A DNA stretch of 64,000 nt from Lingula anatina (Eukaryota > Animalia > Brachiopoda), in contig CM120649.1 of NCBI GenBank assembly GCA_051362555.1, positions 18,180,567 to 18,244,566 of the forward strand, in the 5' to 3' direction. Below the pieces are notes generated by a model. The model was given only the letters and a program-made list of their open reading frames with translations, did not search any database and was not told where the DNA came from. Numbering within the stretch: the stretch's first letter is position 1; each line of letters starts with the position of its first letter. Of this stretch, positions 13,001 through 25,574 are shown one piece after another. The position numbers and the translations under genes are program-made.

Positions 13001-15432
13001 TTATTTTCTATCTGTGTTGGTATTAGCATTAAGTTTGATCTCTCTCTCTCTCTCTCTCTCTCTCGCTCGCTCGCTCGCTCGCTCTCTGGATCTTAAAGAC
13101 ACACACACACATGCGCACGCCTTTCTTTTTTCTCACGTCACTTGAAGTCATTGCTGGTGAATAGAGTTGTAAATAACCAAAAAAACTATAAGTGCCTGAT
13201 CTCGTCTTTCCCCCGCCTTTGTGTTCCCTCTCACACCTGGATGCCACCTAAAACTAACAGTCTAAACAAACCTGTTCTTGTCAACAGAACGCGGTATACA
13301 TTAACCAGGTCACTCGTAGTGTTATTCTGTCAACAATGCGGATTATATTTTAGTTATAATTAGCTGTAACCTAATGCATCCATGTGTGGAGGAGAATATC
13401 TTGGTATGGTGGGGGATTGGGGTGAGAGTGGGGATGGGGGTGGGGGTAACTGCCTTGTTCTTGATATCTTTTAGCTGCCAAACACGCGCTAAGGAAGTCA
13501 GACATGGCGACACACTTCTTTGTTTGACGAGAATGACAACTGTAAACAGCTTACGGTTTTTAATGGTGACTTCAAATGTACTTAGTTTTAGTTTGATGGG
13601 TCCCAGGCTTGCACATGCATATGTATAAGGAATAATTATAGAGACCCTTCTAGTGAGGCTGTTCTTAATTATGTTGTTATAATCAACGTTTTAAATTCTA
13701 ATATAAAAAATAACTGGGTGACTTTAAATTCAGAAACGGTGTACGGCAAGTGCTTCATTATAGCCTTGCTGTTTTATTTTCCTTTCTTTTAAGTTAAAAT
13801 GGGACGGCCCTTGTGACTTCAGTTATAACGCACTTTACCGCATTAAGTCGAAATATGTAACAACAGACAAGGTAATATAATCTGCGACTGAAAAGAATAG
13901 GCCAAAAGTAAAGTGGTATAGTGTTTGAGTAGAGGAAGCCGTGGAGAGGGCGGAGGGTGTCTCCAATCTTTCTTAATTAACTTAACCGTACGCCTTACTT
14001 CATTGTTTTAAAGCATTAGAAACTAGCGCGAGCTACGTATCTAGAAACTATTCAAGATCCAAGGACCATATGCTGGGATGTTAAAACCAGGAAGTGTTAG
14101 TGAGACATCCAGGTTATGCCTAAGCCTTTGTAAAACCCCGTCAAAGTAACTAAACACTGAACATCGCTGTTGGTATTATGCATTTCTAAAGACTCGGTAA
14201 TAAAGTGGGTTTTTCACCTGTGTTCGACATGACAGAATTCCCTGGCACTTGATACAAGCTAGTGGTAGATGGGGGAGAATTAGGCGTACATTACCTTGGC
14301 AAACTTATCTTGAAGTAGGTTGATCTAAATTTGAGAGCCTTGGTGTTTTACCCTTAGTAAATTGAATTTCTGTACTTATAGTTAGTCTACTACTCCTGCT
14401 GCTGCTACTACTACTACTACTGTAGCTAAGACTACTTTTAAAAACAACAAAAAAAATTGCTACCACTACTACGACTAAAATGAAGACAGATTGAATCAGA
14501 AAAAAAAGACAAAAGTTATGAAATATGTGAACTTGTACTTTCCAGTCCATACATATATTCAGACGACTATTACCGCACGATTACTTTTCATGGAAGAGCT
14601 TTAATTGGTTCAAGAATTGGCCAAAATTTTTAGACTAAAATTTTAGACCCCATTCCCATAGATTTTAGATCGATCTATCCTTGTGGGGAGTCTCGCTAGA
14701 TTACTGTCAGCTTAGCCGGCTTAAGCGTCTGCCCCGCCTACTAAAAGCTGTAAGGGGGTAATTAACTATGGTGCGCGCTCGGCTGACTGCAATTTAGCGT
14801 GAACCCCCGGGGAGTTAGGTCGATCTAAATCTTAATCTCTGGATCGATCCAAATCTCTGGGAATGCACCCTTAGTCTACTTTGGTCGAAAATAAATCAAC
14901 CTTTAGTTCGAATCAATCATATAATTGAACAACACTCTCTTTATCAAAGTCAAATAAGCCGTTCTTTTCTTGAACTGAGGTAACGGACCATTATTTACTT
15001 ATCTATTTTATTTATTTTTATATTGGGGGGGGGGGGGGGGGGGGGGAGTAAAGTTTAGAAAAAGTTTCGGCTGAAAGTTGGTTTGTGCAACCGCCCACTA
15101 AACAAGCATGCTATTCAATAGCTGTCTTCTAGGACCCGTCAAACAACATGGGTGCTACCTTTCATTCAGAGGTTATAGACAACTGATCGATGAATGACCT
15201 ACTTCGTGTGATGTAATACGTCTATAAACACGGCTTAAACGGAGCTTAGTTGTATAGTGCTTTTTCAGACAAAATAAAGGGGAGTTAACTTTATATATAT
15301 TTATGTAAGCGCGTGTCTGCTTTATGAAAAACCATGGCATCAAAACCCTTCCATACGAATTGTATTAATCTGCTGTCCCCCTCCCCCCCCCCCCCCCCCC
15401 CCCCACACACACACACAGATACTCTAAAACAT

Positions 15433-15468
<36 letters not shown>

Positions 15469-15695
15469 CCATAACTTAAGCATGATTAACTTACTAAATT
15501 AACGTCTTGGGTTTCTTCCTGGCGTCCCCACAGGTGATCGAGTACCCCACGCCCCGTTTGCCCACACGAGCCCCGCGTCAGCTGAACATCCAGCAGAACT
15601 AACTGCAGGAACATCATCGCTAACCAGGCACCGAGGGCGAACAGGTAAAAGAGGACCACCAGTCGCCCCCGCCCGCAGCCCCAGGTCCTCTCCAT
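7076..15695 (-). CDS. MGAT5: Alpha-1,6-mannosylglycoprotein 6-beta-N-acetylglucosaminyltransferase (GnT-V, GT18 family)-like, ~608 aa
   Basis: 12 exons: 15695-15495, 12569-12396, 11974-11914, 11430-11328, 10908-10768, 10413-10265, 9794-9667, 9430-9266, 8839-8693, 8292-8173, 7784-7607 and 7335-7076 (1827 nt, in frame). N-terminal TM helix plus motifs WMRLRI, GGPLGELVQWSDL, LDSFGTEAEFN, FYTMFPHTPDNSFLGFV, GLGFPYEGPAPLEAIA, TSQHPYAE and QVALCHEC-stop. Confidence 0.93.
8897..9134. mobile_element. Tourist-like MITE, family B, in an MGAT5 intron
   Basis: TTA|GGGCTCAGTCCCAGTGAAA ... TTTCACTGGGGATGAACCC|TTA with internal inverted repeats. Related fragments occur near 16563-16650, 41480-41560, 47631-47868, 49017-49207 and 54396-54495. 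Confidence 0.7.
11613..11859 (+). mobile_element. Short HINE/DINE-like element
   Basis: Subterminal inverted repeats ACCTCCGCCAAGG / CCTTGGCGGAGGT, a (GTTT)n microsatellite, a 3' short palindrome GCGCTC-tgg-GAGTGC and a CTAGTT end. A degenerate second copy lies near 12100-12255. Confidence 0.7.
14646..14870 (-). mobile_element. Tourist-like MITE, family A
   Basis: TTA|GACCCCATTCCCA ... TGGGAATGCACCC|TTA. It is close to the reverse complement of 54088-54313. Confidence 0.8.
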
Positions 15696-16750
15696 TCCCT
15701 CCTTGCAGACACTCGGTACGCTCTCGACGCCCAACACTTTGTCTCCTTTGCGGCCGTCACCCCTGCTTACTCCAGTTATATTATTAGTGTAACAATCCGG
15801 TGATATCCATTATGTGATATAAGCATCCCACGTGCCTGCTATTCTATTTGATAGGATTCAACATAGAGATCCTTCGATCTCGTTCAGCAAAAATCCCAAC
15901 GACCACAGAGGAATAACTTTTTTTTGCACTCTTTCTTTAGACCCAGCAAGCACGGGTAAACCCTGGTAAACTTCTTTATGTCGGAGATAGAGCTCCTCAC
16001 CCTCTCCGATCAAAGCAATATTTGTCAATCCATCAATTTAGCCGCCTGTGCTCAATAGGACTATGTCATAGACAACTAAGCGGTAAGCTCTAGCTATACA
16101 GTCTGTACCGGTATATTGGCGACATTGGCAACTCGGTATCCTGGATGTAAATAGGGCCCCAGTCCCTGGCCTACTAGCGTGTTTCAGGTCTTTACATCAC
16201 CCCTAAACAAAATTTTGATCATATCCCTTTACAGTACATAAAGTGTCAATCCATTTAATATGCGCCAGGCGTTCGTTATTTCATACAAGTAATAATTAAA
16301 GTCTCAAAGTTATAAATCAGGCAATAATGTCCAATCTCTTATCTTTCCAACAGCAAAGAGACTGATGTGGTCCTTTCTGAACATAAAATGACCCCTATAG
16401 AGCCTAGTCCGATGTTTACCGAGGCTATGACCTGTCAATACAGGAGAATTTCCATACTATAAAATGCGCACACGTTCCGGGCCATTTATACAAATACTCG
16501 TATAAAATAGAACATACAAAGAGCCGCCTGAAAGAAGGGCATCGGTATTGAGGGAGACGTGTAAGGGCACATTCCAATGAAACTATCGGACTACGTAGGT
16601 CGATCTCCAACTCCGCGGGGACTCTCGCTGAATGCAGTCAGTGTAACACATTAACGCTCTAAAGTCACTGCCACACCAGAGTTGTGTGATACTCATCCGT
16701 ACCTCTTTACGCTAAGTGTGACAGGACTTCTACTGTCCTGGGCTCCTTAT

Positions 16751-16868
16751 CTCGAAAGGTTCGCTATGTTGCGCACGTGCGCAAGTGTCTCGATTCCATG
16801 GCCCCGTATCTCGAAATAGAATCGGTTATGGAATCGAGACACGTGCGCAACATAGCGAACCTTTCGAG
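16751..16868. repeat. CpG-rich long inverted repeat (foldback/MITE-like)
   Basis: CTCGAAAGGTTCGCTATGTTGCGCACGTG...GTGTCTCGATTCCAT pairs with ATGGAATCGAGACACGTGCGCAACATAGCGAACCTTTCGAG. Confidence 0.8.
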
Positions 16869-17466
16869 CCCTGACTGCTTTGGCAGGGGACGCTTGTCTA
16901 TGACGTAGGGGGGGGGGGGGGGGGGGTGAAGGCACAGACCTATTCAATAGTGCCTTACAAATACGTTAAATGTACACTAAAATCATTACCCTACACAAGG
17001 GTCGCATCCAGTTGGTATTTGTCATCCTTTGCGCTCATGTCCGGCGAGGATTTTCACACAAATACCACGTCACTTTCTCTGTCGGTCACTGATAGACTGT
17101 ACAATGAATACGACAATGTAAGAAATACTGCGTGTACATGTATAGGCAACAAGTGTTAACATATGTTGTTAGAAAATACTTCTGGTATTTCCATTCTTCT
17201 GTTATATACGTATGTCTGTAATTTGCATTCATAAATATATAATATCTTCTATTGTTAGATAATACATTGTGAAAATAAAAATAACGCCGTTGGGGCTGCT
17301 TGCTGACCAATAACACGACTAAAGAAATGTTAACACCCTTGTGCAGAGTGTTTATTGTTAAGATTTACAGAGGCGGTATATTTGGAGAGAGATTTTATCA
17401 ACGACGACTTAGTTGCTCAATACCTTTTGTATTTTGAAATGTTTATTTAACATCCAGTTTCAACAC

Positions 17467-17717
17467 CCCTGCGAAAATTGGTCTCATTTAACGCTAACTT
17501 ACGGTTCTCAATCTGTCCTAGAACATAAGGTTTTTCACTTTTAATGAAAAATGTTCTTATAATCCGTTCTAGGACATTCTGAAGGACTTCCCAAAAACAG
17601 TTCTCGAACCACGTTCATTACCGAACAACATAAGAACTGTAAAAAAAAATTCACCAAATGTTCTAGAATAGACTGAGAAACGTACGTGAACGTTAAATGA
17701 GACAAATTGTCGCAGGG
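17467..17717. mobile_element. MITE with long imperfect TIRs (CCC...GGG termini)
   Basis: CCCTGCGAAAATTGGTCTCATTTAACG...TCTCAATCTGTCCTAGAACAT versus ATGTTCTAGAATAGACTGAGA...CGTTAAATGAGACAAATTGTCGCAGGG. Confidence 0.7.
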
Positions 17718-18043
17718 CAGTTGCTTAAAAAACAAATATAAATGGGATTTAGGCTCGATTATACATGGAGGCTGGACGTATTGCACCATGAATATTCCAC
17801 CACAGTATTACGTTTTGCATGAGGAAACATTTTATGGCACATGAGTTTTAAGAAAATAACATTTTCATTATTCACATTGATGCATGAGCGATGTCCTGGA
17901 TCAGGTTAAGGCACGTTTTTAAGTGTTTCTACCAACAATAACATGCTGTTGGGCACTGCTCATTTATATGCCGTTAATGGCATATCATACCTATATATTT
18001 ATACTTATCTTCGCAAGGTGACGGACAAGGAGCCCTAACCGGT

Positions 18044-18099
18044 TATAAAGAACAAAGTCGTTTCTCACTAGATGTTGCCGCAGAGCTTCACATCTGGAG
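18044..18099 (+). promoter_or_regulatory. Putative TATA box and short 5' leader exon of the SLC28 gene
   Basis: TATAAAG at 18044-18050 and a strong donor GAG|GTATGT at 18099. The next acceptor is CACAG| at 18545, 22 nt before the main ATG. Confidence 0.45.
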
Positions 18100-18567
18100 G
18101 TATGTAGCAGCGTGGTTTCACATTAAATTTTAGACTTACCCGCGATCAACCATTTAACAATCTTAAGGAAAAAGGGGGGACATACTTATGTAATACAATC
18201 ACTAGTATCCATTATCTATGTCATGATATTTTCAATAACCGGTTAACCTTAATAGCTCCAAAATCTACTAACTACGTACTAAACTTCTTAGCAATTGTTT
18301 CTTATCGAGCGGTACACTTAAGTAAGCCATTTGGCTTTCCTGTTATCACTCAGCTCCCAGCCTGTTGATGTAATCCTCGCTGTTCCCCCTCACGTACCGC
18401 ATGATTTACTCAGAGGGCCAAAGTTCATTGAGATCAAATCAACATTACATCTTCTGTGTCAAGTTAGCTTATACTTCACGCACTCGCCCTACCCGTATGT
18501 GACGTGTTGTAGTGTATGAATGCGTGTTGTATGTATTGTCCACAGGAGTAAAGTCAAAGTCGGAGAC

Positions 18568-21553
18568 ATGGAACTGAAAGAAATCAGGTCGGAGCGCGTC
18601 CCTGACGGAACGCAGATGAATCACGTGGACTGTGACACTGAGAAAGCTGTGACAGACGTCTATGTAGAAGACAAGCGCACGCGACAGTCACTGTTGTCAA
18701 ACTGCCAACCGAACGGTACAGAGAAAGCCACTGCCGAGCCCGAGAACGAAGAAAATGTGACGGACAAAACACCGAATTGTGTAGCACGGGGAATCGACAA
18801 AGTTTCCCAGTCTGTTCAGGCGTTTTACTCGCGTCACAAAAGGACAATTTCACTGACCGTCCGCTGCGTGTTTGTGGCCCTGTGGGTGGCGTATTTAGTT
18901 TACGCTGCCTATCTGAACGGCCAGCGGGCCCTGGTGGTCATAATTATCACTGCCATAGTGTTCTTCTTCGTCAGCTATGAGTACTTGCAGCGGCGCTACG
19001 GTGACGTCATATATGACGTCATATGTCGACTGCTGGCTGGAGTCAAGTGTGGTAAGAGGATGTGGAAATACACGCACTGGTAAGTAGAGGTGCAAATAGC
19101 AGAGAACATTATGAAATACCTTCTTGGTTGAAGGTGAACTGAAGGTACCGTAATAGTAAAATCGCCAATATTCAAGTTGTCAGAAAATACTTGTCACATT
19201 ATTTTGGCTGTTTTACACTGTAGGGCCCTCTGATATGGAAATAAATGAACAGTATTTGAAAAGTGAAATGCAAACGTTATTTATATACGGATATCAAAAC
19301 GTTTTTTTTTTTTTTTACCTATTAACAGTATTTACTACAATAAATTCTTCCGGCAACTGTTAAAAGCCTGAATTAAACTCCAATATGTAATAAGTGTCAC
19401 TGTCTCAGTACATGTCGATTGATTTATAGCAATTCTGAGTGTATAACACAAACGAAGAAAAATCTTTGTTTTATTCACAGGACCTTTTATGCACTTCTGC
19501 TGGCGGGATTAACCGTGTTCTTGGTTTTGGACACGGGACGGAATCCTCAGAACTTCCGGTCTGCTGGGGGTCTGACGCTCCTATTACTTTTGACGTTTGT
19601 GACGTCAAAGTATCCCGCAAAGGTAACGTTTGATATCCTAACAGACTGTAATACATGGGTAACGTTTCGTATCATTTCATAAATTAGTGCTGACGATTCG
19701 AGAGCTATATCTCTTTGGATTAAAGAAACTATACTTTAGGTAATCATGGTGACATTGAAAACTGATCACTTTTTAACCATGAACGTGCGTTAATATTTTA
19801 ACAGGTCACTTAGTGAAACTTTAAACTATAATTTGGCGTCTTTCAGTGGAAACAAAATTTAAGTAACTCATCAACTGATCTTGAATGAGAAACGGAGGCT
19901 AAAAACCCACTTGACAAACTACTCTTTTAACGGATATATATCATATCCTGAATCGAGCACCATGTAATTTTCACTAAAAAGTACAGGTTCTAGTATGTCC
20001 CGTTCTAGATTTTGACCCAATTACATCACTTACACCCTTACCTGTACGAATCTAATAAAAGGCGGACTATGTTACACGGACCCTCGCTTTGTTTTACATT
20101 GCTTTTTTTTTAGACTTTGTTTAAATGTATCACTGACAAATATTTTATACTTAACACCCATGGTCGCGACTGTGAGCGTATTGATTTCGTACGAAGCCAA
20201 GCTTAATTATCCATTGCTGCTGCAGCGTCATTCGTTGACGTGTGTTAGGGAATCCACCTGTGTATTTTAAATGGAAATTAGGCAGAAGAGCCCCGCAACA
20301 AGAGGTCGCGCACTGGTGAATTGACGGTTTTCATAAAACTGGTTCCTTGACCAGTCGAGTAAGTCTAGAGAAATTCTAAACCAATAAAGGAGGAAGCCAC
20401 TAACATGAAGTGAAATGTTCGATGGGTTATTTTCTCTCTTCTTTTGTACTAAGGCATATATAAATCTTTCACAGCGCAGTCTGTCATTAAGGTCATACTC
20501 TTGTCCTCTTTGCCTCTAGTTTATTATTTCGACCTATTCGATCGTCTGAGTTATTTGCCAAGAGAATAATGCAAACGCTGGAACGCGATATCTGTCCATT
20601 TTTTTATGAAAGGATCCAGTGACAAAGAGATTGATTATAGTTTATTAACATTGTTTATTATATTCAGGGCCGTGGGCTGGGGTAGGGTGGATGTGGGGGG
20701 TGCGTGGGACAGTCACAATCGATTGTTAATTAGAAGCTTAGCCTTCTTCTTACTCCCAATCCATCATTTTTGTCAGTCAGCGTCCACCAGAAAGATGTAT
20801 ACATGTACCCTCCCCCCCCCCCCCCAAAAAAAAAGCCCTGATATTTGACCGAGGTATATCAATATTGCAGCATGATTCAAAATAGGGGATGACACATTTA
20901 TGTTTCTATCAATATCAAAATTTATCACAGCTGTCTGTGGATTTGAATGAACTAATATTGTTCTCAGGTGTAAAAGTATCGAAAATACAAAGTATTTCGA
21001 TTATTTCGAGAGAAACAGTTCATTATTTATAGGGAACACTGGTCTAGTTGGCTCAGACAATTTTGGCTTTGTTAAGTCAATTGCGCATAAATACATGTAC
21101 AACTGTAGTTCACGTGGTAGACAGATATATCGATATTTCTATTCAATTCTTTCAATATTTTGAGTTAGTGTTGAAAGATCATACATGTTACAGAATAAAG
21201 TGTTGCAAGCCAAGTGGTCAAACTTACCCCCTGTGCTATTTTTTTTATTTTAAAGGATTACAGCCATTTTTTGATGCTAGAAAGAACTTAGTTGAGACAT
21301 TTCTGCAAAATTCTAAACACTGAAGTTTGATGCCCTGTAGGCATCCTTTATACTGTTATAAGGCTATGAAAATAGACTTTAAACCTCTTTAACAAAGTTG
21401 CCAAACACGTTTCATTTGGACTCACCACTCAAGTAAAACTTTTTCAACTGAGACCTTCATGGCATTGTGGGATATGGTCACGTTACAAGATCATGTGATC
21501 AAGATTTTTTTTTATCTCTTAGATATCTTTTCATAAATTGACGAGGAGACAAC

Positions 21554-21585
<32 letters not shown>

Positions 21586-23955
21586 TATTATTATTATTAT
21601 TATTTTGATTATTACTTCAACATTTCAGATTCACTGGCGTCCCGTGCTATGGGGCCTAGCGTTCCAGTTTCTGATGGGGCTGATGGTGCTGAGGTGGAGC
21701 GCGGGGTTTGCGCTGTTTCAGTTCCTCGGTGCTCAGGTCCAGACGTTCGCAGGTTTTGTGGACGCTGGCTCCAAAATGGTGTTCGGTGATCCCGGATACA
21801 AGATGCACCCCGTGGCGTTCCAGGTGAGCTTGTTAAAAAAGAATCATGCCCATCAGATGCCTGTATAGAAGAGAGAGAAAGAGCAGAGAAAAAGATGGAG
21901 TTAGGTGTCTCCTAACAAAAACTGCTGAATAAAGTGATCTGTTAACCGGCTTTTTTCTTATTACTGTTACGATTGGAAAGGGCATTTCCCATCTTCATTT
22001 TCGAGTGTTTCAGGGGCGGATCCAGGATTATTTGAAAGGGGGTTACGTTAATGTGAAACCGACCCCCACCACCCCCTTGGCGTGGGGTTTAGGGCCCGCT
22101 GAAGGGCCCCGAAAAAATAGGTATATTAGAGGGCGAACGAATCGAAGGGGGGGGGGGTCAGGAACCCCCTGACACTCCCCTAAAACCACCACTGGCAAAG
22201 ACCTGAAACTTGAAATTCCTTAACTGGAGACGGTATACCTGGGCTAGTAAGACAAATATTAGTTATCAGGGAAATGCAAATTTTGCTACACTCATGTTAA
22301 GGTCTCACGGTCACTGTGTGCCTTAAAATAGATACGATATACATAAAAAAGCACTTTTTCGAGGACCCCCCCCCCCCCGCGTATGTTTATAAACTACGTA
22401 CCATACCTTCCTTTGTAGTCACCATACAAATTTCTGCGTATTTTATTTTCAGTTTCCAATGGCAGGAAACAAACTGAAAAAGCTAACAGTAGTAAAAAGA
22501 AAAACCCTTGTGTTTTCTTATGAGGATATCTTTTGCTCATAGATATAACCGAGTTTATCGACGTAGTTTACATAATACCAAGGCAAATATTTGACGATAT
22601 CTGGTATGGTCGCGTCAGTGTATATAGATAAAAATGCCCCTTTTCATCTTTCATTTACTTTGATGCATGTGGAAACTTGAAAAAAAAAAAAACGCCGCCA
22701 ATGTCTTTTTATTCAAACAAAAAAATGTGACCACTGTGTGCGTAAAGGGCGTAGGAAACATTTATCAGAAACCAAACATGCTAACGCAAGTGAAAAAAGT
22801 TGACTATTTTTATAGTTATTTAAATGTTTTATTAATCAGCAGTTGTCACGATTGATAACATAGTTGCTTTATGATTGCCTCCAAAGTTGAAAACTACATG
22901 TAGTTCCTCTCTCATCTTCCAGATTTTGCCCATCATTATATTCTACAGTGCCGTTATAAATGTTTTGTATTACTATGGAGCCATCCAGTGGATGGTCCGC
23001 AAGATGGCGTGGTTGATGCAGGTCACCATGAAGATTACACCGATAGAGGCGCTGCACACTGCTGCTAGTATCTTTCTTGGTCAGGTGGGTTAAAGATCGT
23101 ACTGATATCGTAAGTGTTCAATATGCGACCGACTCTAAGTTTTTCTGGTAAATTTTCTTATAAAGATCAGGTACTATTTTAAAGACTTTAAACCTGTGAT
23201 AAAAATTGCCACTTCCGTTTTTGCAATGTTTCAAGGCACTGTATGTAGGCTACTCACTCTGATCTTTTGCCATCGACGTTTTTGAAATGTCATTAGATGA
23301 TTAAATCAATAGATAACAGTGTTGTTTGTCTTGACCACCAGGTGGAGACTGGTGTGATGTTCCGACCATTCTGGCAGAGGCTGACACAGTCCGAGCTTTG
23401 TGCGTGTATGACCGGTGGGTTCACTACCATTGCCGGTACTGTGATCGCAGCCTTCATAGCGTTTGGGGTAAACTTTCAAAATATTCATTATACCCCATTC
23501 TATTTGACTCCATATATCTGCATCACATAATCAACAGATAATCGCTTTTTCAAATAGTTTTAGTGGGTAGAGAGGTATATTTATTTATAAAACAGTTATA
23601 AAGTTATAAACTGTATAAAACAGTTATAAATCAAGCAATATAGGTATCGCCTGTATAAATCTGTACAAAAAATACGAAAATTGAAACCTTTTCAAGAATT
23701 GTTTTCATAATGTGTATTTATCCCCGTGTTAATGTCTCTATTCGCTCACCTGTAGGCGTCCCCAGAGCACCTCATATCAGCCAGTATCATGTCAGCGCCG
23801 GCAGCCATGGCGATAGCAAAGTTGGGCTTCCCAGAGACAGAGACATCGCACACCAAGACGGAGGAGGACGTGCAGATGGCGCCACCGTATGTTATATGAT
23901 ATGCCATGGGTTCTTGTCTCATGAGACATCGGTTTGGGTTTGAGACGTAGAATAT

Positions 23956-24001
<46 letters not shown>

Positions 24002-25398
24002 TTGAACAAGAAAAGCATATCCATAGGCCTATTTCAAATGTGAAGATCCCCAAATTAAATTGCATATTCTCCTGAAGGGGGTGGGGTGGAGTTTTGGATT
24101 TTTTGATTAAAATTCCGGACAGGATACCTAAAACTACAGACACTTTCTTTGTCAATCTCTTGTCATAAGGCCTGAGAGATCACTGGTGGAGGCAGTGTGT
24201 AACGGTATGCTGGCCGCCATCAAGCTGACGGCAGTGGTGGCTGCGGGATTGATAACCTTCCTGTCATTGGTGGAAGCCATGGATACCATCCTCGGTTACC
24301 TAGGAGATCTAGTGGATGTCCCGGATGTGAACTTTCAGGTAAGCTGGTTGAAGTTGGTGAATATTTAATTCAATCCTGTCCAGATCGATTGTACTCTTTT
24401 TTTAAAAAAACCGAAAAGTTTTTTTTGAAAAGTTTATTATTAACATATCAAACTGAAGCGGGCATAGTTTCATATAGGGTACACTTAGACATGGGGTTAT
24501 TAAAAGATATTAATGATTAAATAAAGATGTGATACAAATGTCTTTATACTTTTCCAGTTAATTTGCTCATACCTATTTTCGCCGCTAGCTGTGGTGATAG
24601 GTGCTGACTGGCAAGACGCACTCATCGTTGGAAAGCTTCTTGGCGTCAAAATTTTCTTCTCGGAATTCCTTGCATTTAGTCAGTTAAAGCCTTATATAGA
24701 TAATGGTCTGATAACAGTAAGTATAACAACATTAAGACACTGGCCATCCCGCTTCATCATTTTACTGTACGTTAGCTGGAAACAACTTTCGATGTTGATA
24801 AACACGTAGTTTCACATAACAATATTTTTTTCGTCTGGGAAAATATATATCAAAAAGAAGACATCATTCCTTACAAATACTTGTGTGAGCAAAATTCATC
24901 CAGTGCGTCTTATTGTTAAAAGATATATCCAAAACAATTAAAGGATTTAATTGTAGTTAACAATGGCTGAATACATAATTAATATATATTTCCCAATTTA
25001 AGCAAGTTTTTCTATCAACTCAGGAGCGCACTCGCGTGGTATGCACGTACGCGCTGGCTGGCTTTGGTAGCATTCCGTCCATAGGCATCTATATGAGCTC
25101 TCTCATCACCATTGAGCCGAGGAAGAAAGAGAACATTGTGGACGTGGCCGTGCGAGCCATGGTGTATGGCAATATAGCCTGTATGATGACGGCTAGCATG
25201 GCAGGTATGGTGTGTTTGTGTGAGTGTATGTGTGTGTGTGCGCGCGAGCATGTGAGTAGCGTGTATGCTTACAGGGAATGAACAAGAACGAAGCGGTATA
25301 GTCATACATGTACATACCCTTGTAATATTAATCAAACATATGTTTTGATCAATACATGAAATAGGAGAACTGTTACAGATTTCTCTCCGCCTACGTGC

Positions 25399-25447
<49 letters not shown>

Positions 25448-25574
25448 ATATGATAAAATCGTCGATGAATATCTTTCCTCTTCAGGTCTTCTGTACACGG
25501 GAGGCACCGCAGTAGCTGCTAACACAGACCTACTGAATGCGACCATCTCAGCTAACACAACAGCACAGCCGTAA
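18568..25574 (+). CDS. SLC28A3: Concentrative nucleoside transporter (SLC28/CNT family, SLC28A3-like), ~621 aa
   Basis: Exons 18568-19079, 19481-19622, 21629-21823, 22923-23084, 23342-23467, 23756-23886, 24170-24338, 24558-24716, 25024-25204 and 25486-25574 (1866 nt, in frame). Motifs SKYPAKIHWRPVLWGLAFQF, GSKMVFGD, AFQILPIIIF, IFLGQVE, MTGGFTTIAG, HLISASIMSAPAA, CTYALAGF and GNIACMMTASMAG. The tail has N-glycosylation sequons NAT and NTT. One-to-one orthology with SLC28A3 is not established. Confidence 0.92.
22011..22194. mobile_element. Small hAT-like MITE in an SLC28 intron
   Basis: Starts CAGGGGCGGATCCAGG and ends CCTAAAACCACCACTG (degenerate TIR), with a GC-rich interior. Confidence 0.45.

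Noticed and set aside
14294-14370. Candidate extra MGAT5 exon (ACAG|...AAG|GTAATG on the minus strand)
   Set aside because: All three frames contain a stop and there is no similarity to the GnT-V stem or N domain.
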